DNA of 61,800 nt, counting the filler. It is 5 parts of 5 records of this genome, joined end to end, with 100 filler letters (N's around TTAATTAATTAA, not from the genome) between each part and the next. Parts side by side here need not be neighbours in the genome. Positions count along the whole stretch, not along the records: positions 39,609 to 61,800 come from SRR2962707_614; 4 more parts are not named here. One strand, given 5' to 3'. Positions 40,067 through 49,463 of the stretch are shown piece by piece (the stretch's first letter is position 1; each line of letters opens with the position of its first letter). The notes under the pieces were generated by a model that did no database searches, was not told where the DNA came from, and worked only from the letters and a program-made list of their open reading frames with translations. A program made the translations under genes and the position numbers.

Positions 40067-42682
40067 ATGAGTGAGATTCTACCACCGAAATGGTCCCGTA
40101 GGCTGCTTCGACTGTTTATCCATAAAGCATACCTGGAGGAGATCGAAGGCGATCTAGAAGAGGTGTTCTTTGATGATTTGGAAATTCATTCAATCAAAGA
40201 AGCACGAAAAAGGTACACCTTCGGAGTATTCAAGCTCTTCAGATTCAGCCTAATCAAAAACTTAAAATGGATTTATAAAATAGGACTAATCATTACCATC
40301 ATGAGAACGCTAAAACTCGCATTTCGCAACTTACTTAAATTCAAAACTCATTCAGGAATCAATCTTGTCGGGCTTTCACTGGGATTGGCTGTTAGCAGTC
40401 TTATCCTTTTGTACGTTATAGACGAATTGTCATTTGATGATTTTCACACAAAAGGAGATCGCATATATAAAGTTGTTACTGCTTCACAAGGGGGAGGCAT
40501 GGAAACCAATGCCCATCCGATCGGGTATCAGCTTCGAACACAATATCCGGAAATTGAATCGGTTATATACACCCGATGGGCATCTCCAGCGTTCAAGCTA
40601 AATCACGAGGGTAAGCGATACGAACACAAAGTATTTTACGCAAGTGAGGAGTTCTTTCATATGTTTTCATTCCCATTGAAATCGGGTGAAGCTGAAACAG
40701 CGCTCAAAGATCCCTACTCCATTGTTATCACAGAATCAATGGAAGACATTTACTTCAATGAGCCGGCCCTTGGGCAAACGATCACTTTAAGGGATTCTGT
40801 GGACTTCAAAGTAACCGGTGTGGTAAAAGACATTCCCAAAAACTCACACATTCAGTTTGACATGCTAATGTCTTTTTCTACGTTCCCTGACTTCAGATAC
40901 TTCAGTTATACCGATGGGTGGGGAAATTTTGATGTAAGAAACTATGTCTTGCTAAAAGAGGGTGAAGATCCTGTGAAATTCCAAAGCAAAATTACCAATA
41001 TCTATGATGAAAATATAGGTGACTGGCTTGACGAAATGGGTATGGAATTAACAACCGCTTTAGTCCCACTCAAAGACATTTATCTAGGCGAAACATATTG
41101 GAATGGGTTTGGTCCAAAGGGCTCGATGAAAAGAGTAAAAACCGTAACAATCATCGCTATATTTCTTCTTTTGTTGGCCTCCATCAATTACATAAATCTC
41201 AGCACTGCCCGGTCTGCATACCGATCAAAAGAAGTAGCCATGAAAAAAATTGTTGGTTCATCAAAAAGAGGGATCATCACCCAATTCATGACTGAATCTT
41301 TATTACTCACCCTCATTTCATTTGGTTTAGCCATTGTCCTTGTTTTAGGTATCCTCCCTTTTTTCAATGAATTAATGAATAAGAACTATGATCTCGCCTC
41401 ATTCTTAAATGCGAAAATTTTAATCGGTATGGGGAGCTTGATTCTGATAGTTTCCTTCCTGTCTGGCTACTACCCTGCTTTGGTCATTTCCGGATTAAAA
41501 CCATTAAATGCTCTCAACGGAAAGCTGGAAAAAACATACCAGGGACTAAGTCTAAGAAAACTTTTGATCACCTTCCAGTTTTTTATCTCGTCCGCTTTGG
41601 TCTTAGCTACCATCCTTGTCATCAGCCAAATCAATTTCATGAGAAATCAGGAGTTGGGATTTGATAAGGAGCAATTACTCATTATTGACGGTACAAACCT
41701 TCCACAAAACAGAACAAGAGTCGCACTCAAAAATGAACTCAAGACATTATCAGGGGTTGAACTCGTTACTCACACAAACGCTCTGCCCGGAAGACCTGGT
41801 TGGCAAGGTCAGTGGGCTTACCCGGAGAAAATTGAAGGAGAACAGGTAGATACGGAATACATGGCTATTGATGAAAATTACCTTGACGCTTTGGGTTTGA
41901 AACTTATTGCTGGAAACAACTTCAATCTTTCAAAGCAGTCGGAATTAAACGATGGCCTGATCATTAACGAGACTTGCGTAGAAGCTATGGGTTGGCAAAG
42001 TCCGGAGGATGCGATTGGTAAAATGATTGTTTCACCATCAGGTACTCCGGAAGGTAAGGTCATCGGTGTGGTAAAAGATTATCATGGCTTAGGACTTCAG
42101 CAAAATATCTGGCCAAAAGCAATGGACTATTCCGGTGATACGTATGGAAGATACTATGCGATACGATATCAGGCTGACCAAACCTATGACTTAATTAAAG
42201 GCATAGAAGACAAATGGTCTCAGACATTTGGAAGCTACCCGTTGGAATACTTTTTCCTTGATGAGGATTTTGATCGTCAGTATAGGGAAGAAAACCAGCT
42301 GGCCAAAGTGCTTTCCATTTTTGCTGTCATCGTAATCATTGTGTCAGCCATTGGCTTGTTTGGCTTGATTTCTTTTGTAGCACTTAGTCGAACAAAAGAA
42401 GTAGGCATTCGAAAAACAATGGGTGCCAGTATTGCACAAATCATTTTCATACTCTCCAAAGAGTTTGTATACCTGGTGCTTTTAGGAAATATTCTTGCGA
42501 TTCCTTTAATATGGTATTTTGGCAATGATTGGCTCAATGATTTTGCCTATCACACATCTATCAACCCGATTATATTCGTCATTACAATGATTATAACTGC
42601 GTTGATTGCATTTATATCCGTGAGCTTCCAAACCTACAAAACTGCCAAGTTAAATCCGGTCAATGCGCTGAGATACGAATAG
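40067..42682 (+). CDS. ABC transporter permease (MacB/FtsX type, duplicated) with N-terminal permease-prefix domain
   Basis: EEIEGDLEE prefix; INLVGLSLGL, INYINLSTARS..RSKEV, RTKEVGIRK, NPVNALRYE. Confidence 0.93.
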   Translation: MSEILPPKWSRRLLRLFIHKAYLEEIEGDLEEVFFDDLEIHSIKEARKRYTFGVFKLFRFSLIKNLKWIYKIGLIITIMRTLKLAFRNLLKFKTHSGINLVGLSLGLAVSSLILLYVIDELSFDDFHTKGDRIYKVVTASQGGGMETNAHPIGYQLRTQYPEIESVIYTRWASPAFKLNHEGKRYEHKVFYASEEFFHMFSFPLKSGEAETALKDPYSIVITESMEDIYFNEPALGQTITLRDSVDFKVTGVVKDIPKNSHIQFDMLMSFSTFPDFRYFSYTDGWGNFDVRNYVLLKEGEDPVKFQSKITNIYDENIGDWLDEMGMELTTALVPLKDIYLGETYWNGFGPKGSMKRVKTVTIIAIFLLLLASINYINLSTARSAYRSKEVAMKKIVGSSKRGIITQFMTESLLLTLISFGLAIVLVLGILPFFNELMNKNYDLASFLNAKILIGMGSLILIVSFLSGYYPALVISGLKPLNALNGKLEKTYQGLSLRKLLITFQFFISSALVLATILVISQINFMRNQELGFDKEQLLIIDGTNLPQNRTRVALKNELKTLSGVELVTHTNALPGRPGWQGQWAYPEKIEGEQVDTEYMAIDENYLDALGLKLIAGNNFNLSKQSELNDGLIINETCVEAMGWQSPEDAIGKMIVSPSGTPEGKVIGVVKDYHGLGLQQNIWPKAMDYSGDTYGRYYAIRYQADQTYDLIKGIEDKWSQTFGSYPLEYFFLDEDFDRQYREENQLAKVLSIFAVIVIIVSAIGLFGLISFVALSRTKEVGIRKTMGASIAQIIFILSKEFVYLVLLGNILAIPLIWYFGNDWLNDFAYHTSINPIIFVITMIITALIAFISVSFQTYKTAKLNPVNALRYE

Positions 42683-42690
42683 CAAAATCA

Positions 42691-42724
42691 TATAACAGTT
42701 TCCAAAAATTCTGTAACACTTCCA
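42691..42724 (+). promoter_or_regulatory. Direct-repeat operator upstream of copA (TATAACAGTTTCCA / TGTAACACTTCCA, 21-bp period)
   Basis: Two similar half-sites start at 42691 and 42712, ahead of a CATTTTTG -7-like element (~42739) and the ATG at 42765. Confidence 0.5.
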
Positions 42725-42764
42725 TATAGTATAGGTTGCATTTTTGTATTCATATTATTGGATT

Positions 42765-45254
42765 ATGAAAAAGACCTATACTATTTCGGGAATGTCATGT
42801 GACGGATGTAAAAGTCACGTGGCAGATGCTTTGCTATCACATGACAAGGTAGAAGCTGCAGCAGTGGATTTAGCTGCCGGCAAGGCTTCACTTACCATGC
42901 AGGAAGAAGTATCCATCGATGAATTAAAGAAGGCTCTTCATGCACATGGTGATCGATATGACATCCACTCAGAAGATCATAAACATAACCATCACCATCA
43001 GGCAGCATCAAAAAAACAGCATGATACCGGAGGAAAGTATTACTGCCCGATGCTGTGTGAAGGAGATAAAAAATATGATGAACCGGGAGATTGTCCAAAA
43101 TGTGGAATGGATCTCGAACAGGAGCAATCAGTAAGTGGTACTAAGAAGACCATTTATACCTGCCCCATGCACCCGGAGGTAGAACAGGATGAGCCGGGCA
43201 GCTGCCCGAAATGCGGGATGGATTTGGAACCTAAGTCTGTTTCCAATGAGCAGGGCTCCAGCGAAAAGAAAGCCTATCTCAACATGCGTAAGAAGTTCAT
43301 CTGGTCAGTAGTATTTACCCTGCCGGTTTTCTTTATCGCAATGAGTGATATGGTGGGTGTCTCTCTTACAAATATTCTCAGTGAAAGATCATGGGCATGG
43401 GTACAGTTCATCCTTTCCACACCAGTAATTTTCTATACCTCCGGTGAATTCTTCGTGAGAGGTTATAAGTCCATCATCAATAAGTCTCCAAACATGTGGA
43501 CATTGATTTCATTGGGTGCCGGAGCAGCGTATTTATTTAGCATCATTGGACTTCTGTTCCCTGATATGTTTCCTGAGCAGTTCAAGACCGAAAATGGAAA
43601 CGTACACCTTTACTTCGAATCAGCTGCTGTAATCCTTACACTCATTTTGCTAGGACAGGTATTGGAACTAAAAGCCAGAAGTCAAACAAACTCTGCGGTA
43701 CGAGAGCTTTTAAACCTCGTCCCACAGGAAGTTATAGTCATCCGTGATGGCAATGAGAAAAAAATTCCACTCGAAAAGGTTGAGATCAATGATATCATCA
43801 AGATAAAACCAGGCGAAAAAATCCCCGTTGACGGAGAAATCACGGAGGGCAAAAGCTCCATTGATGAATCCATGATTACCGGAGAGCCTAACCCAGTAGA
43901 GAAAAACACGGGTGATGAAGTAATCGGTGGTACCATCAATGGTACCAATAGCTTCCTGATGAAAGCAACCAAAGTAGGTAGTGACACCCTCCTATCTCAG
44001 ATCATCGAAATGGTGAATAAGGCGAGTAGAACTAAAGCCCCAATTCAGAATCTGGCAGACAAAATCTCGAGTTACTTTGTCCCTACGGTCGTATCGATCG
44101 CTATCATTTCATTCATCGTATGGGCTTTATGGGGACCTGATCCTGCTATGGTTTATGCGTTTACCAGTGCGGTCACCGTGCTGATCATCGCCTGTCCCTG
44201 TGCACTAGGATTGGCCACCCCCATGTCTATTATGGTTGGAACCGGAAAAGGCGCCAAGCAAGGCGTACTGATCAAAGATGCCCAGGCACTGGAGGAGATG
44301 CACAAGGTCACCACCTTAGTAGTGGATAAGACAGGAACCATAACGGAAGGGAAACCTTCCTTACAGCACATTGAGTCCTTTGGTTCAAGTAAAAAAGATG
44401 AAATCCTTCAATGGGCAGCATCACTGGAAAACAGTAGTGAACATCCATTGGCTCAGGCTATTGTGCAAGCTGCTGAACAAGAAGATTTAAAACTGATGGA
44501 GGTGAAAGATTTCGACTCAATTACTGGTAAGGGCGTGAAGGGCAAAATTGAAGGAAGTGAGATTGCCATCGGAAACGAAAAACTTTTGGAGGTATTTAAC
44601 CTTCAACTCAACCCTGATCAAAAGGAAGCCATTGAGAAAAGGCAAAGCCAGGGAGAAACGGTCATGATCCTGATCAGAGATAAAAAGATTGAAGGTTTCA
44701 TAAGTGTTGCTGATGCCATCAAAACGACATCTGCAGAGGCCATCAAGTCCCTTCAAGATTTAGGTATCGAAGTGATTATGCTCACCGGAGATAATCGCAA
44801 AACAGCAAAGGGTGTTGCAGAGAAACTATCACTGAATGGATTTGAAGCGGAGCTACTACCCAAGGACAAACATAGCTATGTAGAAAAGCTACAGCGGGAA
44901 GGAAAAGTAGTCGCCATGGCTGGTGATGGCATCAATGATGCCCCAGCCCTGGCTCAGGCCAATGTCGGTATTGCCATGGGAACCGGAACAGATGTCGCCA
45001 TTGAAAGTGCAGGCATTACTCTGGTAAAAGGTGAACTGGATGGTATTGTGAGAGCCAGAAAACTCAGTGAGGATGTAATGAAAAACATCAAACAGAACCT
45101 GTTTTTTGCATTTGGTTATAACATGCTGGGCGTGCCGATAGCCGCTGGAATTCTATTTCCCTGGTTTGGGATACTGCTCAGCCCTATGCTGGCAGCACTG
45201 GCCATGAGCTTAAGCTCTGTATCTGTGATTGGAAATAGTTTGAGGTTGAGATAA
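42765..45254 (+). CDS. copA: Copper-translocating P1B-type ATPase
   Basis: GMSCDGC HMA domain, His-rich linker, two [11 protein letters not shown] domains, [23 protein letters not shown], and YN/MSLSS Cu(I) ligands. ATG 42765 is preferred over TTG 42744. Confidence 0.95.
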   Translation: MKKTYTISGMSCDGCKSHVADALLSHDKVEAAAVDLAAGKASLTMQEEVSIDELKKALHAHGDRYDIHSEDHKHNHHHQAASKKQHDTGGKYYCPMLCEGDKKYDEPGDCPKCGMDLEQEQSVSGTKKTIYTCPMHPEVEQDEPGSCPKCGMDLEPKSVSNEQGSSEKKAYLNMRKKFIWSVVFTLPVFFIAMSDMVGVSLTNILSERSWAWVQFILSTPVIFYTSGEFFVRGYKSIINKSPNMWTLISLGAGAAYLFSIIGLLFPDMFPEQFKTENGNVHLYFESAAVILTLILLGQVLELKARSQTNSAVRELLNLVPQEVIVIRDGNEKKIPLEKVEINDIIKIKPGEKIPVDGEITEGKSSIDESMITGEPNPVEKNTGDEVIGGTINGTNSFLMKATKVGSDTLLSQIIEMVNKASRTKAPIQNLADKISSYFVPTVVSIAIISFIVWALWGPDPAMVYAFTSAVTVLIIACPCALGLATPMSIMVGTGKGAKQGVLIKDAQALEEMHKVTTLVVDKTGTITEGKPSLQHIESFGSSKKDEILQWAASLENSSEHPLAQAIVQAAEQEDLKLMEVKDFDSITGKGVKGKIEGSEIAIGNEKLLEVFNLQLNPDQKEAIEKRQSQGETVMILIRDKKIEGFISVADAIKTTSAEAIKSLQDLGIEVIMLTGDNRKTAKGVAEKLSLNGFEAELLPKDKHSYVEKLQREGKVVAMAGDGINDAPALAQANVGIAMGTGTDVAIESAGITLVKGELDGIVRARKLSEDVMKNIKQNLFFAFGYNMLGVPIAAGILFPWFGILLSPMLAALAMSLSSVSVIGNSLRLR

Positions 45255-45258
45255 AAAC

Positions 45259-45291
45259 ACACCTTTAAGGTCTTCAAGACCTTGAAGGTGT
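45259..45291. repeat. REP-like palindrome A (5' of RAYT)
   Basis: ACACCTTTAAGGTCTT-C-AAGACCTTGAAGGTGT; 16-bp arms with one mismatch. Confidence 0.85.
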
Positions 45292-45307
45292 AATGTTTGG
45301 GTTAAAG

Positions 45308-45315
45308 TATATTTG
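45308..45315 (+). promoter_or_regulatory. Bacteroidota -7 promoter element
   Basis: TATATTTG matches TAnnTTTG and ends 4 nt before the ATG at 45320. Confidence 0.6.
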
Positions 45316-45319
45316 ACAC

Positions 45320-45925
45320 ATGCCTCAATCATTTATTCCCTTAGAGCCGGAGCGTGTTTATCATATCTGGACACATGCAAATGGATCAGAAAACTTATTT
45401 CGAATCGAGGAAAATTATCGTTATTTCCTCGAAAAATATGCTCAACATATTTATCCAATAGCCAAGACTTATGCATATTGTTTGATGCCTAACCATTTGC
45501 ATTTGATGGTAGAGATTAGAGAGGAAAAAGAACTATTTAACCTCCAGGGTTTTCAAAACCCCGGAGTTTTAACTGCAAAAATCAGTCAAAATTTTGGCAA
45601 CCTTTTCAACGCGTACACAAAAGCCTACAACAAAATGTACGATAGAAAAGGGTCTCTATTCATACCAAAATTCAGGAGAAAACGAATTGATAACGATTCC
45701 TATTTTACCAGACTAATCACATATATCCATAATAATCCGATTCATCATCAATTTGTAAAAGATCTAAATGATTGGACACATAGCAGCTATCATTCCTATC
45801 TCATGAGCAAGCCGACGAAAATTGAGAGAACAGCAGGAATGGTTTGGTTTGGAGGAAGAGATGAGTTCATTAGAATGCATAAAGAACTACGAGTAAAAGA
45901 TGTTATGTTGGACTTTGAACAATAG
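45320..45925 (+). mobile_element. REP-associated tyrosine transposase (RAYT; Y1 HUH, IS200-like superfamily)
   Basis: YHI, AYCLMPNHLHL (HUH motif), RKGSLF, YIHNNP (catalytic Tyr), W..SSY; flanked by palindromes. Confidence 0.9.
45539..45568. repeat. REP-like palindrome B, inside the RAYT coding sequence
   Basis: AACCTCCAGGGTTTT-C-AAAACCCCGGAGTT, read in frame as NLQGFQNPGV. Confidence 0.75.
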
Positions 45926-45958
45926 AAACCTTGGAGGTTTTGAAAACCTCCAAGATTT
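45926..45958. repeat. REP-like palindrome C (3' of RAYT)
   Basis: AAACCTTGGAGGTTTT-G-AAAACCTCCAAGATTT; starts at the base after the stop codon. Confidence 0.85.
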
Positions 45959-45965
45959 AAATACG

Positions 45966-45973
45966 TATCTTTG
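45966..45973 (+). promoter_or_regulatory. Bacteroidota -7 promoter element
   Basis: TATCTTTG ends 5 nt before GTG 45979. Confidence 0.6.
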
Positions 45974-45978
45974 CATCA

Positions 45979-46368
45979 GTGCGAGTAGCCAAAAACATAT
46001 TAAATAGCTTCCTGACAATTACTTTATTAATTGCCACGACAGGCGTTACCCTTAACAAGCACTATTGCATGGGTAGGCTGAAGTCCATTGCTGTTTTTGA
46101 ACATGCTCAAAACTGCACCGGAACCGACCTACAGGATCCCATGCCATGCTGTGAGGATACCAGTCAGGAACTAAAGGTGGAAGAGATCACCACGGTCGCT
46201 TTCGACTTTGATGCTAATCCTGATTTATTCGAATTAGCAATTGTTAATCATATCCTTCTCAAGGATATTGAATTCACCATTGAGCAAGATAAACCAGCTT
46301 ACAAAAACTACGATCCACCTCTCCCCGATCGTGATATTACTGTTTTAGTACAGTCCTTCCTTATATAA
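45979..46368 (+). CDS. HYC_CC_PP family protein
   Basis: Hydrophobic N-terminus followed by HYCMG, PCCED and YDPP; lies directly upstream of a TonB-dependent receptor. Confidence 0.88.
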   Translation: MRVAKNILNSFLTITLLIATTGVTLNKHYCMGRLKSIAVFEHAQNCTGTDLQDPMPCCEDTSQELKVEEITTVAFDFDANPDLFELAIVNHILLKDIEFTIEQDKPAYKNYDPPLPDRDITVLVQSFLI

Positions 46369-46435
46369 TACTTGATTGTGTTTTCGGGGACATGTATCAT
46401 GTCCGATCAATTTTTATTGACTAAAAAATACAATC

Positions 46436-48630
46436 ATGTTAAAATATTTATTACTCTACATATTATCAGTAGTGATCCTATTTCAAGCCGAGTCTCAAAC
46501 CGTGAGAGGCATGGTAGCTGATCAAAATCATGAACCACTTATTGGTGCAACAGTGATGGAACTAGGCACCCAAAATGGCATAGTGACCGGTGTAAATGGT
46601 GACTTTTCGTTAAAGCTGTCATCAAGAGATAGCAAACTTGTTATCTCTTATTCAGGATTCATTGCCGACACGCTTGATGCAGATCTTTCTAAAATGATGC
46701 ACATAATGCTGCAAGAGAATACGGAAGAGCTGGATGAGGTAGTGGTGCAAGCAAGCAGTACGTTTCTGGATGATCGCGAATCAAAGCACATTGAAGTGAT
46801 CACAGAAGCTGAGCTGACAAAAGCAGCCTGTTGCAATTTATCTGAGAGTTTCGAAACTAACGCCTCTGTGGATGTTTCATTTACTGACGCAGTGAGTGGT
46901 GCAAAAACCATTCGAATGTTAGGTCTGGATGGTCGATATGTTCAAATCAATCGCGAGAATGTTCCCAATGTGCGAGGACTCGCAGGAAGGTATGGACTTT
47001 CTTATATTCCGGGTACATGGATTCAGTCCATCGATGTTGGAAAAGGTGCCGGCACTGTCGTGAATGGATATGAATCCATGACAGGTCAAATCAATGTCGA
47101 ATTGAAAAAACCCGAGAATAGTGAAAAGCTTTACCTCAACGGGTATGCTAATTCGTTTGCCGATTTGAAGTGAATGCCAACCATGCCAGGGAGATCAATG
47201 ACAAATGGAGTACTGGGATTTTATTCCATACCAACTATTTCAACAATGAGATAGATCAGAATGAAGATGGGTTCATGGACATCCCTAAGGGTCGGCAAAT
47301 CAATGTGATGAACCGGTATAAGTACCAAGGTGAAAAAATGGTGTCTCAGGTTGGGGTGACTGTCATGCGAGATGAAAAAGCGGGTGGCCAATTAGGTTTT
47401 GATCATGGTGATGATTTCAGATCATCTCCTCAATACGGATTTAAGAACAATACCACAAGAGTAGAGCTCTTTGGTAAGACCGGCCTACTCTTTCCACATA
47501 AACCTTACAAAGGTTGGGGATTCATATACTCCGCTTCGTACTTGGATATTGATGGAGGATTCGGTCGCGAAAATTACGAAGGAACCGAAAAGACCCTTTA
47601 CGGTAATATTATCTTCCAAAACATCATTGGCAATTCTTTCCACTCTTACAAAACTGGAGTAAGCATGCTTTACGATGAGTTTGATGAGATATATGCTGAT
47701 TCAGCTTTTAGCAGACAAGAAGTGGTGCCGGGTTTATACTATGAATACACATTCTCTCCCGGAGATAAATTCACACTACTTGCCGGTGCTCGAACAGATT
47801 TTCATAATTTGTATGGAACGTATTTCACCCCGAGGCTACATTCCAGATTTCAGTTTTCAGAAAACACTACCTTAAGAGCAGCTATTGGAAGGGGGTATAG
47901 AACTCCGAATACTATTGTTGAGAATAGTAACATTCTGGTTTCTTCACGACAATTGATCATTGAAGAAAATCCTGAGCCGGAAGTTTCATGGAATATGGGT
48001 GGAAGCTTGGTAACGGCCGTTAATATCGGAGACAAAAAACTGAATCTGATTGCGGATTATTTCTATACCAACTTCGAAAATCAACTGATCTACGATATGG
48101 ATGCAAACTCCAGTCAACTGAGGGTCTATAACCTAAGGGGTAAATCTTATGCCCACAGCTTTCAACTGGAAGGAAACTACCAGTTCTCTGATCGACTGAG
48201 TGCCAAAGCAGCTTATAAGTTTTACGATGTAAGAGCAACGATCAATGATGAATTAAGAGAAGTACCTTTCAATGCACGAAACAGATTCTTCCTGAACACT
48301 TCATACGCCACCCGTTTTGATAAGTGGGAAGCAGATGCTACTCTACAGTGGTATGGATCCAAAAGATTGCCAGACACCTCCGATAAGCCAGCTGAATTTC
48401 AACGAGGCTCATCTTCACCTGATTTCTTTTTGCTCAACGCACAAGTAAGTCGTGGATTTAGATGGGGTAATATTTACATTGGTTCAGAAAACCTCCTCGG
48501 ATTTACACAGGATAACCCAATCATTGATTCAGAAAATCCATTCAGTGATAACTTTGACGCTTCATTGGTTTGGGCTCCAATTGCTGGTAGAATGGTTTAT
48601 GCAGGATTTAGATATAAAATAAAGAATTGA
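46436..48630 (+). pseudogene. TonB-dependent receptor split by a 1-nt frameshift (real lesion or sequencing error)
   Basis: ORF 46436-47173 (signal peptide, carboxypeptidase-like domain, plug with AACCNLSESFETN) and ORF 47170-48630 (barrel ending YAGFRYKI) join as YANSFGRFEVNA if one base is restored near 47159. Confidence 0.85.
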
Positions 48631-49106
48631 TAATGAATAATTTAAAATTGAAAATGAATCAAAATTCAGAAAGATTTCACCTTCGAAGCGGTTCAAAGTT
48701 TCAGGGGACTAAGCGGGATATTTTAACACTAATCCTCTTACTTTTTGTAACAGTTCAATCCTTTGCTCAAAAAGAGCCGGTAGAAGTAAAAGATGGATAC
48801 AAAGTAGAAATTAAAACTTCCGCTATTTGTGAGATGTGCCAGTATGCATTGGAAAAGGATTTGGCTTTTGAAAAAGGAGTCAAAGAAGCAACGCTAAACC
48901 TCAATGATAAGGTAATGTCAGTTGTTTATAATCCGAAGAAAACTGATGCTCAAACGATTCGGGAACGCATCACGATGGTAGGTTACCATGCAGATACGCT
49001 CGCAAGAAATGCCGAGGCTTATGAAAATTTACCCATGTGCTGTAAAGATGGATCTCATGGTACGCCTGTTCCGCAGGTGCCTTTGAAACCAAAGAAGGAC
49101 AATTAA
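48627..49106 (+). CDS. Exported heavy-metal-associated (HMA) domain protein
   Basis: Signal-like ILTLILLLFVTVQSFAQ, ICEMC (CxxC), GVKEA, and C-terminal YENLPMCC. The true start is uncertain (ATG at 48633 or 48654). Confidence 0.85.
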   Translation: MIMNNLKLKMNQNSERFHLRSGSKFQGTKRDILTLILLLFVTVQSFAQKEPVEVKDGYKVEIKTSAICEMCQYALEKDLAFEKGVKEATLNLNDKVMSVVYNPKKTDAQTIRERITMVGYHADTLARNAEAYENLPMCCKDGSHGTPVPQVPLKPKKDN

Positions 49107-49330
49107 TGTATTAATCTTGACCTCTCGTAGTGCTTCACGGCGATGCAATAATCCAAAAATGATCGGTTTAATTCCTGATCATTGAGTTTGCATACATAGC
49201 TCGCTATCGATTCTTCATTATCTGCCAATTGATCATTTCGATTACTGGTAGACTGGTAAAGATCGGTAACGAGTTTTTTTATGGACTTTCTTAATTCAGA
49301 TTGGTGAGAGGGACTCTTAGTATGAATCAT
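49103..49330 (-). CDS. Hypothetical protein (75 aa)
   Basis: ATG-started ORF filling the intergenic gap, with its stop overlapping the convergent HMA gene; no recognisable motif. Confidence 0.5.
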   Translation of the reverse strand: MIHTKSPSHQSELRKSIKKLVTDLYQSTSNRNDQLADNEESIASYVCKLNDQELNRSFLDYCIAVKHYERSRLIH

Positions 49331-49463
49331 GTTAGCTGGTTATCTGGGTATAAAAGAAACATAAATTCTGCACAATCACTGCATGTTTGAAAAATGAATA
49401 TTTCGCTATTCAATATCTTGATTTAACCGTAACATTTTCTTAAATGAAAAAAGATATCACAAC

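Noticed and set aside
45259-45958. IS200/IS605 element with TnpB, or a mini-CRISPR
   Set aside because: No tnpB or cas gene is present; the repeats are three non-identical palindromes around and within a RAYT.
46388-46404. GGACATG-TAT-CATGTCC hairpin as a riboswitch or terminator
   Set aside because: Only a 7-bp stem with no immediately adjacent U-tract or recognisable aptamer; too little to call.
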